Positions 25,927-38,475 of a stretch of 64,000 nt of DNA are shown in pieces. Below the pieces are notes generated by a model. It saw nothing but the letters and a program-made list of their open reading frames with translations. It was not told where the DNA came from and did no database searches. The position numbers and the translations under genes were made by a program. Source of the stretch: Vermamoeba vermiformis (Eukaryota); NCBI GenBank assembly GCA_045837725.1, contig JBEWZL010000272.1:248001-312000 (forward strand), given 5' to 3'. Position 1 is the first letter of the stretch; each line of letters opens with the position of its first letter.

Positions 25927-28490
25927 ATGTTCTTCGCTCATCACTTGGAACAAATCCAGCAGGCCAACAAAAATATTCAAAGCGCGCACAACAGTATATC
26001 GATTACGCCCATCATATTCATTAAACATGCCAAGGACGGCTGGAAAGTGAATGAAGAAGCGATCTCAATTCTTTCGAAAGTGAAGAAGCCCCTTAAAGTT
26101 CTTGCGGTTACACGTAAGGAAAATATAGTTGTCATGCAAAATCTAACCTCAATTAGAACGTTTCCACTCAGGATTCATCTCGCGTCATATTGCGAATAAA
26201 TTTTTGTCATTGCAAGGTGGATTTGATCTACAACACTACATAGTAAGTCCACTATTACGTTCAACACTATGCTAATTAATTAATTAAAGCGCTCAAGAGA
26301 TATTTGGATGTGGGGAAAAGATACGGGGAACGAGATCGAGCTAGTTCTTCATACGGAAGGATTCAACACAGATGACAACACTACTTTAGACGCTCAACTT
26401 CTTTCATTGGTTTTATTGCTTAGTTCACATGTTACGTTAAATATTCCCGTCATGCAATATAGACCAGCTGAGGTAACTGACCAAATAAGATTTCAAACGT
26501 ATTGCACTTAATTATAAATATTGATTTATGTCTCAAGATATGTCACAAAGTTGCCAAAGATCATTTTTGTTGAAGAAAGCAACGAAGATGAAGATGATGA
26601 AACTTTTTACAAAGAAATATTCCCACCTGTCATGTTTTTGGTGCAAGACTTTGCTGTTCCCTTAGAAGATGGGAAAACACTAGATGACTATTTAGCTGGA
26701 TTGTTAAAACAAAAACCTGGATTGTCCCAAGCTATTCGGGAGAGAAACAATATTCGAGATTGTATTTGTCAATATTTCTCAGAACTTGGTGCTATGGCTA
26801 TCCCACAGGTATAACCTGTACATATGAAAAAGTCAATAACTAAATTTGCTGTAGAGTGACCTCTTCTGTGAGAGAGCTGAAAGATTCCATGAAGCAGTTG
26901 ATGACACATGCTCTGTTCTTCATAAAAAATTGAAAACAAAGAAACTCAAATACATGAATGGCAGTGTTAGTATTGCTGATGGGGAAGGTTAGTCATCTCT
27001 TTATTCGTCCTGAATGTAGTGCATTAATCCATTCAACAGAGTATCTTGAATTGACCAAAGCCATAGTTGAATGTTTGAATGCAGAAGGAAAGATTGAAAT
27101 TCCAAAATTGGCCAGGGCTGTGCTGGGAAAGAAGCACATCAAACTCCTTGTGGATGAACCTCAAAAGAGTGGTTCCAACCATTCTTTTGCACAAGTTGAA
27201 GAGTTGGAAAAAATTATCAATGGCAGTAATTGGGATGAGCTAGCAAGGACTTTGCAACAGAATTGCAGCAAACAAGTGATCCCAGTTATATATCCCATCA
27301 ACCTCAGTTTGAGCACCAAGATGTATATTGACAACCTTGCCATCAATTCACTAAAAAGTTTGCTCCATGAAATTCATAAACAAAGATTGATATTAGAAGA
27401 GCAACTTGATGCTAACAATGTGACACTAGGAGCATTGCAGCATAGGGAAGATGAATTGATGCAACAACTCCTAGAGGTTCGAGCAAAGATTGAATTGGTA
27501 AAGAAGACAATTCAGAAGCAAACAAATAACCTAGGAGATAATGCTTATTTTGAAGATAATCTAAATGAAAATATTCAAAAATATCAAGAGACACTGAAGA
27601 AAAATGAGTTGGAGCTCAAAAAATGCCAAGAAACTTTTCAAACAGACATTTCAACCTGGACTATTGAAGATGTAGTGTTATTTTTGAAAGAGATTGATCT
27701 TGGGCAATATTTAGCTTCATTTATATCAAACAACATTGATGGCTCTGTGCTTCAACTACTTGAAACAAATGATTTGATCTCTGCTCTTGGGGTCTCATTC
27801 AAAGACACAAAGAAGTTATTAATGTACATTTACTTGATTCAAACCCATCAGGACATCTACACAATACCTCCAGGAGTGCTGCAATGGAACAATGAAACTT
27901 TGTGTACTTGGCTTGAAGATAACAAGTTTGGTCACTTAAGTACTGTCTTTAAGATGAATGAAGTAAGTGCTTACATGTTAGATATAAAGTATTAATTGTA
28001 ACTTTTGCAGATCACTGGAGCTGAGTTTGCTTTCTTGGAGAAATCTGATCTGATTGGTCAGCTGCAAATAAAAGCACTAAGTGACGTCATAAAACTCCAA
28101 AAAGAAATATTAAATCTCAAGAACTCAATTCAAAACGACAAGCAGCAAGCAGAAATCAAAAGAAGCAATAACAACAATTTATTGACCAGTCAACTTGAAC
28201 GTAAACTTGAGGAAGTAACAAGGTTCAACGAAGAGCTCAAAATAACTCTCAGGGAGCGAGGAGCAAAGGTACCAGAGGCATTTTTATGCCCTATTTCTCA
28301 GGATATAATGAACGACCCAGTAGTTGCCAGTGACGGCTTCACATACGAGAGGGATCAGATTGAAAAGTGGCTGAAGAACAATAACAGATCTCCTATGACT
28401 GGAGACCAATTATCGAGCAAGCAACTTACGCCATCGCACACGTTGAAGAGCATGATTCGAGAGTTCATTGACACAAACAAGAAGCAATAG
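25927..28490 (+). CDS. Degenerate guanylate-binding-protein (GBP)-like domain + coiled coil + 2 SAM + U-box E3 ligase
   Basis: GBP-like: VNEEAISILSKVKKPLKVLAV, DIWMWG, LHTEG, DAQLLSLVLLLSS, FPPVMFLVQDF, LDDYLAGLL...RDCICQYF. SAM: WTIEDVVLFL and WNNETLCTWL. U-box: PEAFLCPISQDIMNDPVVASDGFTYERDQIEKWL. The true start may lie further upstream. Confidence 0.85.
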
Positions 28491-28750
28491 TCAAAGGAAT
28501 TAAGAACAGCCAATCGTTGCTGTTGCAGCACTATAATTATTTCACTAGAATTAGTATCGAGTAATCAATCTAAATTACCTCTTAACGTTGACTACTCGTC
28601 AAATTTTGATAGTGGCTGTTTGCCGTTATTTCGCAACTCTTTGCTGAAGCATTCTATTTACATTTGCATCACATAAATAAGACGAAAGACATCGAAGTGC
28701 AGCGTCTATTTCTTTTCTCGTTCCTTCTACGACTTGTACTCGAAGTATTG

Positions 28751-29716
28751 TTATTCTTTGCCTTGGTGCGGTTTATCATCCAGTACCAATGTCTGCTGGT
28801 CCTCTTTCACATCAGTACCGCTCTTGTTGTTCAAGTACTCGTTGATCATTGGCTCGGCGACTTTTCTCAGCTCGACGTACATGTTATGCTTCACTTGCGC
28901 GACATTTTGCAGCAACTCGTCCCACGTCATCCAGTCTACTTTGTCAAATTCAATCTCGGCAGTACTAAAATACTATAATTAGGTACTTGAACTATTCATA
29001 AAATAAGCACTATCGGATATTCACGGATTCGTTAAATTGCAATTTTTTTGATAAGATCGGATCGGACGTTGCAAATTGAAAAAAGTTTGTAAGCGCATTA
29101 TAAGAGTATAATCATATGATGATACATTAATATAGTCTTACTTATCAAATTTGAGCTTCGACAAGTCAGGCTCGGGCCAATGAAAGATAAAGTAGCGGAT
29201 GGTCTGACCTCGTTGATTGGTGAGTCTGTTCACTTGCGCAAAATCATATGAAACATCAACACCCGTATCTAATAGATACATATTAACACTTGGAATCGAT
29301 TATAGGGTTAACAATAATCGTGGTACCTTTGACGAAAGTTAGTAGTTTGTGATCGAGCCCGAGTTCTTCTTGGACCTCGCGTTTGATGCCATCCATTAAT
29401 GATCCGTCCTTAGATGCTTCATATCCACCTTGAGGGAATTGCCACTAATGCAAAATAAATATTCGGCTGTTGAGATTTTATTTGAAATTGAAATTATTAC
29501 TGAGCAAAATTATTTAATGAAACCAAAGGGATAGGTAAGCATATTAGACCAGCATAATAATATAATTTGCGGTTTGATTAATTTTAAAAATTGTTAGAGC
29601 TGACTTACAGTTCCGACATCTGTTTTCTTTTCTGGCGCTCTTCGACCAACGAGCAATTTACCTTCGGAATTAAACACGATACCTCCGCAACCTGTCCTAT
29701 ATGTAGCGTTGCCCAT
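28751..29716 (-). CDS. Nudix hydrolase, RppH/NudH (Ap4A / RNA pyrophosphohydrolase)-like
   Basis: Spliced: TYRTGCGGIVFNSEGKLLVGRR...WQFPQGGYEASKDGSLMDGIKREVQEELGL...GQTIRYF...EFDKVDWMTWDELLQNVAQVKHNMY, collinear with bacterial RppH and plant NUDX25-27. Confidence 0.85.
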
Positions 29717-29963
29717 TGATTTGTGGATGTGTTGTCGGATCAAATTATTTATTAAAAAAACAAAGACTTTCGAAAACTGATTTTGGTGACCGAACCGTTT
29801 GGGACTGGGGACTGGTTGTGAATTGAACGAAAATTACTTGAAACGGCTAATTACCGTAATTAAAAGGTTCAGCCTACTCGACGCTCTCGTGGTTGAAAAT
29901 GATTATTTATGGTCAAAAGAGATCCAAAACTATTTACAATTGACAACGAGTATGAATATAGAC

Positions 29964-30859
29964 TTAATACACTAGGCGAACAGGTGTTATGTCTAATGAC
30001 GATGCGTCGAAGATATCGTGCCATGTATGATTGAATTTGGAGCAAGTCGAAGTTTTGTGGCCTGCTACGATCAATGGAATGCTGATCGGTAATAAGAGGA
30101 ACCAAGTCAAAGCATTGCCAGAAATTTTCAAGTCTCTTTTTCTGCGATTACTAATAAATAACAAATTGCGATTAGATCTTCCGTAAAAGGAAATTTGGCC
30201 AGAAATCTTACATAGCGCGCTCTTTCTTCTCGAATTTGGACGAAGAAGCATCGGTAAGTACTAAGAACAACAACTTTTGAGAATTGTTGGCCATTCCAAG
30301 CCTTTCCCAGAGATCTGCAGCGTGGTAGAGCTCAGTGTCTTTGAGATCGACCGTCAAGTAGTGCTTGCGAAGAGTAAGGACGCGTAACAACCTATGGTAT
30401 ATGCATGTCAATTACCGATTACAGTAATTGCTTCCTTCGCTCCTCCGTGAAGCGAAATTTCTATCGGAAAACCGGATGATTAATCGCAGATCTGATAACT
30501 TACATCATAGCCTCTTCATAGTTGACTGAAATCATAGCTGTTTTGCAAATCGGTTTATAGACAGGTCTGCGAACAAAGGTAGACCCGTTCCAAAACTAAC
30601 AAAGGATCAGCACCAAATCCGAACTTCACCAGAAAGGCAAATTGAAATTAGCCTACTTACTCTAATATAATGAGATAATTGCTTGCAATGCACGTTCACG
30701 ATCAAGCCATTATTAACGATTTCTTGAGCGGCTACTTCGTGCGGGATGTTCAAAGCTATTTTATTGAAGACAATCGTCTTCACCTATCCATCAAATATTA
30801 GAATCGAAGACATATAGTGGATCTAAATTAATGAGCGCTTACTTTAGTGCGGCAGGCAT
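29964..30859 (-). CDS. Hypothetical protein, multi-exon
   Basis: Short exons (MPAALK / VKTIVFNK / FWNGSTF / LLRVLTL / KRDLKIS...VRLVY*) separated by GT-AG introns; no domain recognised. Confidence 0.5.
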
Positions 30860-32072
30860 GAGTTTGCTCTAAAGTGATGCCGCCTCGAGAAACAATAGGA
30901 CCTTGCATTTTAGTCGAATTGAGCATTGCAAATGGATTGACGATATTAAGTTGTATATCTAAATGAAGATGACAACATCGTGTGTTTTATGGACGGTCGT
31001 CAGCAAAAACGAAAATAGATCAATTATCCGCTAGAATCACATGAAAATAAAAAATGCGGGTGATTGCAGTGCATTTTTCGATTTCTCGAATTTCTAAATG
31101 GTGGCACTTACAGTAAGATGATCAGTAAGCCATGGCTTCCTTTCACGCACCTTAGAGGATCCAAGTGTGACCTTCAAATTGATTCTAACCACCTAACCTA
31201 TCGACCAGATTAAAAGGTAAAGTTAAAAATGCGCAATTGATAATAAATGGCCAATATTCAAGCACAAAACGTGTTTATGTCTTGCAGCCTGACGTCCAGG
31301 GATTCAACACCGCAAGTTATTGTCATTAAGTAGTAACGAAGGTACCTCTACATTATGCAAGTAGAGAAGGATTGACTTCCGATATGTCTACGCATTGAAG
31401 ATATCACGCCACGTGTGATGAAAGTGCGAACAGCTCGAAGTTTTACTACCTGCACGCTGAGCAAGGGCACGCCAATTGGAAATAAGCATCTTATTATCAG
31501 AATACATTAAATGTAAGTGCTAATAATTCACGAGCAACAAAAGCAGGCTATTTCGCATAGAGATGGCCCGTATGCGTTCGACAAATGAATCGGCGGATGT
31601 GCCTTTCAAGCAAACAATCCTCTTCATTAGGTAACACCGCTCCAAATAATACACATTTTCTAATAATAAATATTCTAATCAAAAGGAGCGTAATTATGAA
31701 TTAATAATTGTTACATTTGGAGGATCTGCTGTATTTGTTTTTAGACGAAACACAAGAAATTAACTAAGGGTCTAAGGTTGAGTAACCGATTAAATAGGTG
31801 TTTAAATATAAACAGATTTGTACAAAAAGGGGTTACAAGTTCGCAGATGCCGATCGAGAGAAAAATATACAAAAAAATATGTACAGAAGGTGATATTGGC
31901 CGACCGACATCAAAAATGCGCCCATATTCGTATAATTGATAATCTATTTGCCATAATTGGCTCTAAATAATTTTGGCTATTAGTTTTCAATTTCATTTTT
32001 GGATCTGATCAAAAAACTTATTACGTACCCTTGCCAATTATGTTAAGACCATTTCTAGTTGAAATACGGAGC

Positions 32073-33285
32073 GCATGCAGATCTTACCATGCATTGACAT
32101 GCATAAATAAGACAAGATCGTCTGTTGTCGTTTCGAGAAAGAAGATTCGAGTTGATTTTAGCCTGCGAAAGCAGATTGAATACCAGGCTTATATCGTTGA
32201 AATATAGTTGTTGATTATTTGGGCAAGTTCTAGAAGTATACCGTTAGTATGTAAGCCAAAGAATAAGCAGATGCAGGTCGGAGAAATTCAGTACGAAAAC
32301 TCTACAAAATTGCGTAACGTTCTTCGCCAGTAATCAACCGACTACTTATTATAATTATACGCTTTCCATTCATGATTTAAAGCATAAGCAAATAAGTCTA
32401 AAAACGGTTCTTGAAAGTCCGATCAGAAAATAGAAAAAACAGACGAAATTAAGCTTGAAAGCGATAAGATATTCGAATAATATGGCTAAATCTATTATCT
32501 ATAATCGTTGTACTTACCAGGATCAGTCTTCTCGACTTGATTCTTCAACATTGCTAGGTCTTTCAGATGCGCGCCTTGCAGTGGATCAAGCTCGTCTTTC
32601 TGCAGTAAATGAGCGAAGAACTTCTCAGCATAGACTTGCCACCGTGTCTTCTGAATGTAGTAGTTGTTATTCGTCGTATTTACATTCGAAGGATTGATTT
32701 TGAGGTTGGTGGAGATGTAGCTTTTAGTAGATTCTTCCAGGCCTTCCCAGAACAAGGACAAATGCTCCGGACTGCTTATTCTCGATGTATAACTCTTTTC
32801 ACCTTCTCTGAGCTCGCACTATAAGGAAATAATTAGGAAAATGAGAACCGGAGAATGGATTTTGGACTTCTTGGCGTTTATTGAAAGATAATTAATTTTT
32901 ACGGTAGAAATTACTATTTTCAATGTTATTACGTATAATATATTCACGCCACAACCATAATCTTTGGTCGCAAAAGGAATTTTCTGACTTTTATAAAAGT
33001 TTGGCTGCATCGAAAATAATTAATTTCAATAAATAAAAATCTTTGGTTAACCTTGATTATCATATTTTTTACAATCATTACCTCGTGTCTCCAGAATTCT
33101 TTCAAATAATCTCGCATAATTCTTTGGAACTGGAACTGAGCCCAAAGAATCTGTTGGTTCCTGGCTTGCTCTTCTTGGAAAGCAGTAGGGTCTTGCTGCG
33201 AGGGCAATAGATATTCGGCCATAAGGTCTTTCAAGTCGTTATCGTGTTGATAACTGAAGACCGGAGAACGTTCAGGAGAAAGCAT
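32073..33285 (-). CDS. Hypothetical protein, multi-exon (3' end uncertain)
   Basis: ORFs 32944-33285 and 32495-32761 plus an exon near 32085-32230 with consensus splice sites; no domain recognised. Confidence 0.4.
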
Positions 33286-34945
33286 AATGATATTAGATGG
33301 AGTAGTAAATCCGTGGTATCTCCGTATTAGAGTTTAAACTTCGCCAATTTGATGAATTTTGTAATAATAAAGCGTGTTGGTTCGTGTAAGCGTTGAGGCG
33401 AGAATAAATAACCAACAAGATCGAGCAAAAAAAATGAGGCAAAAAACGGTGGAAAAATCACGAACAGGTCAAGTAGAACTCTCAATTCTTACAGAAACTG
33501 TATTAATTACCACAGTTACATGCGCTTTACAACCGCCTACGACTATGTTACGCTCTACAGACGAGGATCTTAGCCTCGCACTGTTTTCCAGATGACACGT
33601 GCCTCGAAAATCTAATGTCAAATAATTGTATTAAAGACATGGCTAATTATTATTAATTATTATTATTGGAGGAATCGTCATTGCGGAAGAATTGATTTGC
33701 TTGATCAAGATCGTTTTACGTAACGGATAGTTGCAAGAGTTTTTTCCTCCCTCAACTTCTTAAATTAGTATGATTTTAATGTGACATTATAGTAGATGAT
33801 AAGTCGTGTCTATGCTGTAATGTTTAACTAAAAGGCACGAGAGGCAAGTGAAAAGTGGCGCGCGAGATCTGCTCAGTTAATTTGCAAGCAATGAAAGCAC
33901 AACAACAGTCACCTTACAATATGGCAGCGGAGGTCAACTGTGGTAGTGAACAACATACACAAGCAAAGAATCGGTTGAGAAACAGCGCCGCGGAGGTTGG
34001 GGTACGTGTGATAGTTTTTTCTAGATTCATCCAAAATTTCAGTGTGCTGAAACGTTTTTAAAATACGTTTTAATTTATGTTAACCCGTTCTGATAATTCA
34101 CTGAACATCGTTTCATTCACTACTGAAATTATAGACGCTTATTCTATTTCGATATTCGGAACATGTTGCGGATTGATTTTTAAAAATAGTGGGGCGTTTC
34201 TATTAACTTAAAAATCATCCAAATAGTCATGTAATTTCTATTGTTAGTTTTTGCGCGTATATTTAGAAATTTAAGCTGCTGCTCAAGCAAGTAATTTTAG
34301 CGCCATCTTGATCCCAAGCTGAAAGTCAAAAATGGCCTCAATTTTTCCAATTTCGATCAGTATCGTTCTAACGTTAGTACTTATCGTCATTGCAATGGTC
34401 TAACCCGATGGCTCTGAACGTTCTTGTTCCCTTTATTTTTTGTAACGGTCAGATGCTGCTTTAGTACTCGCTAACAGGTATCGCAAGTTAGCAGCTGTTA
34501 TAGATGAAGCATATATACACTACCAATGCCAACGTGGTGGCATCCACTCGGCTAATTGAGCTGAGTACATTTCAAACAAAATTTACGGGATCAGTTATGC
34601 CCTAGTTTTCAATTTTTTGTCACTAATCGGACTCACCTCCGAATGTACGTATTATTTTAATTCAAGAAACGCCGTTCCGCTTTTTTATGTGCAACTTCTA
34701 AACAGCTCGAGCGAATTTTTCGGAGATTTCTTGTGGAACTGGATTGAATTGATCAAAGAACTGGTTTAAAAGGCCTTTGTGCTGGCCAAAATTGTTCATT
34801 CGATTCAATTTGATAGCGCGAGCAGCAACACAAGTCTCCCTGGTTCCATTTTTTTAATACATACTTTTTGCATCTGGATTACGCGGATCGTTCATAAGAA
34901 CTTTGAAGTTGCTACTCAACAACCAATATTATAACATCTACCAAG

Positions 34946-37900
34946 ATGCTAGCACGAAATATTATACTCGCTTTGTGCTTTTCAGCAGTGCTTTTTACTT
35001 CAGGTTCGTATTACTAAGCTGAACGCGATCTGCCTCATACTTGGTACTAATTTGCTTTATATAGTATATGCCATTAGAGAACAAGTCGACTTGAGCATTA
35101 GCGCAGCTATGCCTAGTCAGCAATGCCAAGCTACAGCTTACCAACGACCTTGCATTAAATTTGACGGATCTGCGGTGCCCGACTATTACCCGCCTGATTA
35201 TCCTTGCCCTTGCCCCGCTCTTGGTGACAATAGCGGTTCTTTTATTGGCCGCGGCAAGGGTACCACGCCCAATGCTTACAGCGACGAATTTCAAGACGTA
35301 GTTCTTGCCGACGGCTTCGATCGCCCGGTCAATGTGGCTTTCACTAAGGACGGCAAGTTCTTCGTCAATACTAAGGCTGGACAAGTCTGGAAGGTCGATA
35401 GAGCCACTGGCCAAAGGACTTTGTGGATGGATATTACCGTAAGTGATATTAAAGCTTTACAAAAATTAAACTTTTCAAAGACTTTACACGCCAGATCTCC
35501 AACACTTCTACAGTTATTTTTCCGAACATCTGTTTAACTTATACACATAGTATTAATATATCATGATAGGACGAAGTAAACAGCTCTGGTGATCGTGGAC
35601 TTTTGGGCATCGCTCTCGATCCGGATTACCCTAACACCCCTGAGATTTACTTCTGGTACACTTACGGTCAAGCTGGTACGTGCAACAAGTCTGAGTATAC
35701 ACATAGAAACAATTTCCGTTTTTAAAAGTGATATATTGCGATGTACAATACGGAGACTAATTTTGTTTCGTTGCGGATGTAGCTGGCGAAGAAGACTATT
35801 CCGCTACAATGACTCGTCTTATTCGTGTTACCGAGAAGGACGGTGTTGGTGATAGAGCTAACTACTTCATTCTCTTGGGCCACACTCCTGCTGACTCCAT
35901 TCCTGTCTGCTACAACACTCATGCAATCGGATCCGTCAAGTTTGGTCATGATGGCTCTCTTATCGCTTCTATTGGTGAAGGCGCTCATTGGGACTTCCCT
36001 AATGGTACGTATAAAGTATTCAAAGTGCAACCCAATCGAGTTTTCTCATAGATTTTGCTGCGCTAACTACAAACACATCCGCAGCTGAAAATAAGTTAGA
36101 AATCAGCCCTTTTTCACTATTATATTGTCGTGTAGTATATTAGGATCAAATTGAACAAAAATTTACGCCTTTCTTTCATGAAAATTGAGTTTGTTTTCTA
36201 ACGTGGATTTTGCAGGTGACTACGGTCAAGATGTTATTGCTACTGATCCCTCATGCGGCCAAATGTTCGGTGCTGTTGAAGATATTGGTAGCTTCCGCAG
36301 TCAATCTCTTAAATCTGGTGGTGGCAAGATCTTGCGTCTCGATCCTCGTACTGGCCAGGGAATCTGCGCTGGCAACGATAAATTCGCCGTGCCTAACCCC
36401 TTCTGCGACGGCAACCTCGACTCTTGGGCATCTAAGATTTGGGCTCTCGGTGCTCGTCAACCTTTCCGTATGATGGTTCGTCCTGCTTTTCCTGGAGACC
36501 AAATCCAAGGTCCTGGTACAATCTACTTTGGTGACGTTGGCGAGGGTGGCTACGAAGAGGTTAACGCAGTTACTGCTCCTGGTCTTAACTTTGGCTGGCC
36601 CTGCTGGGAAGGTAAGTTCGAATCCATTTCAATTTTCAATCTTTACGATCGAGATCTCGATGCATGTTGCTAAGCATGAATTAAAATTAGGTCCCTTGCC
36701 TATGGTCAAGCATCGTGATAGTCCTCTCAACACTGACCCGACCACTAATGTCTACAAACAAGATCCTAACCTTTTGTGCCCCTACATCTACAACAACGTT
36801 ACTACTACCACGCCTTTCTTCTTCTATTCTCGTTATGGTCCTGGTGATAGTTACGCCAACGTGCACGACAACGCATACCTCGGCCAAGGTTTCATTGGCA
36901 ACACAGTCACCGGTCTTGCTTTCTACACTGGATCGCAATACCCCGCTGCTTATCAAAATGCGTTGTTCGTGCTTGACTACGGTCAAATGTGGATCAGAGC
37001 CCTCAAGGTCGACACTACTGGTGGCAGCGATATTTACCGAGGCGTTATGGACTTTATGGTTATTGGCAAGCCGATCACGACTTTGGAGATCGAGCCTGAA
37101 GAAGGCAACTTGGTCTATATTACCTTATTAGACGGTGCTATTCGTATGATCAAGTACGTTGGTGTCAACAACCCTCCTGTTGCCCAAGTCAGCGCTTTCC
37201 CTTCATCCGGTGTTGCTCCTTTGACCGTCCAATTTACCTCCGACGGATCCATCGACAAATTAGGCAATAACGTCACTGCTCTCTGGGACTTCGGAGATGG
37301 CTCCGAGACTTCTCGCGAGTTCAACCCCGTTCACGTCTACCAAACTCCTGGTGTCTTCACCGCTGCCTTTTCCATCACCAACAGCAAGGGCATTACGACT
37401 TCTACGACCATCACTATCAACACTCAATATGCTGCCCCTGTAGTCAAGATCACCTCTCCGACCACCAACAACCAATTATGGCACTACGATGTCGGTCAAA
37501 CTGTCAATTTTGCCGCGACAGTTGAATCTACCGCTGCCCCAGCACAACTGCAGTACGTGTGGTCTGCAACACTCGCGCACGAAAATCACTTCCATCCTGA
37601 CGCGTACACGACCACTGCTCCTACTTTTTCAGCTGTTCTCAGCGACGTTGGTAGTGAAGTTCCTTCTCGAGAAGTCCGTGTCAATATGTTCGTCACATTG
37701 GCTGTCACTGACGTCAGATCTGGTCTCGTGGGCTACGACTCAATCTTCGTGGCTGAAACTCCGGGCGATTGGTTCGCAAACACACCTCCAAACCCTGCCT
37801 TCAGCATCACTTCTGGTGACCCTGTTCCCAACAAGCCGATCCAATTCGACGCTACTGGTACTTCGGATCACGAGTACGACTCGATTTTCTATACTTGGGA

Positions 37901-38282
37901 CTTTGGTGATGGTTTGCCTCCTGTTCGTTGGGGCATTGACGAAGGTTTCTTCAACCCCTTGTTCATCACGCACACCTACAATCAGACTGGCCTCTACACC
38001 GTTACTTTGACTACCACTGACAACTACTTGACAAGCAAGTCTATCTCCAAGGTGATTGGTATTGGTGTTGCTTCTCCTAGTGGACCGACTTCGCCTCAAA
38101 CTCCCGCATCCAACACTCCTCAAGTTCCAACCACTCCCATCAGCGATGGTGGAAACTCTCCTTCAGTCATACAAACTCCTATTAGCGATATTCAGCACAA
38201 TGGCCCTCAAGGCTCATCTGGTGCTACCCAAATTACAATCAACGCAATTTTGGCGATCTTGTCTATCGCTCTGCTTTTGTAA
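34946..38282 (+). CDS. Secreted, probably GPI-anchored glucose/sorbosone dehydrogenase-like (GSDH, PQQ-type) beta-propeller with PKD domains
   Basis: Signal peptide MLARNIILALCFSAVLFTSVYA. GSDH motifs: GDRGLLGIALDPDY, HAIGSVKFGHDGSLIASIGEG, GGKILRLDP, WALGARQPFR, YFGDVG..GYEEVN, NFGWPCWEG. Two PKD domains (WDFGDG). Ser/Pro/Thr stalk and hydrophobic C-terminus. Confidence 0.88.
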
Positions 38283-38475
38283 ATAATACGGACCAAATCG
38301 ATCTTCCTGAGGGATCTTCATACTTGTAAATATATTATAAAATAATTAATTATTTTTAAACATACAAACTTGCTATTTTCTTTTCGGGAGATCAACGCCA
38401 ATTTACTGGGCATTTGATTGTGGCTTACTAGATTGAACTGTAAAAGTTGAACTAATCTAGATCAAATAACCAATT

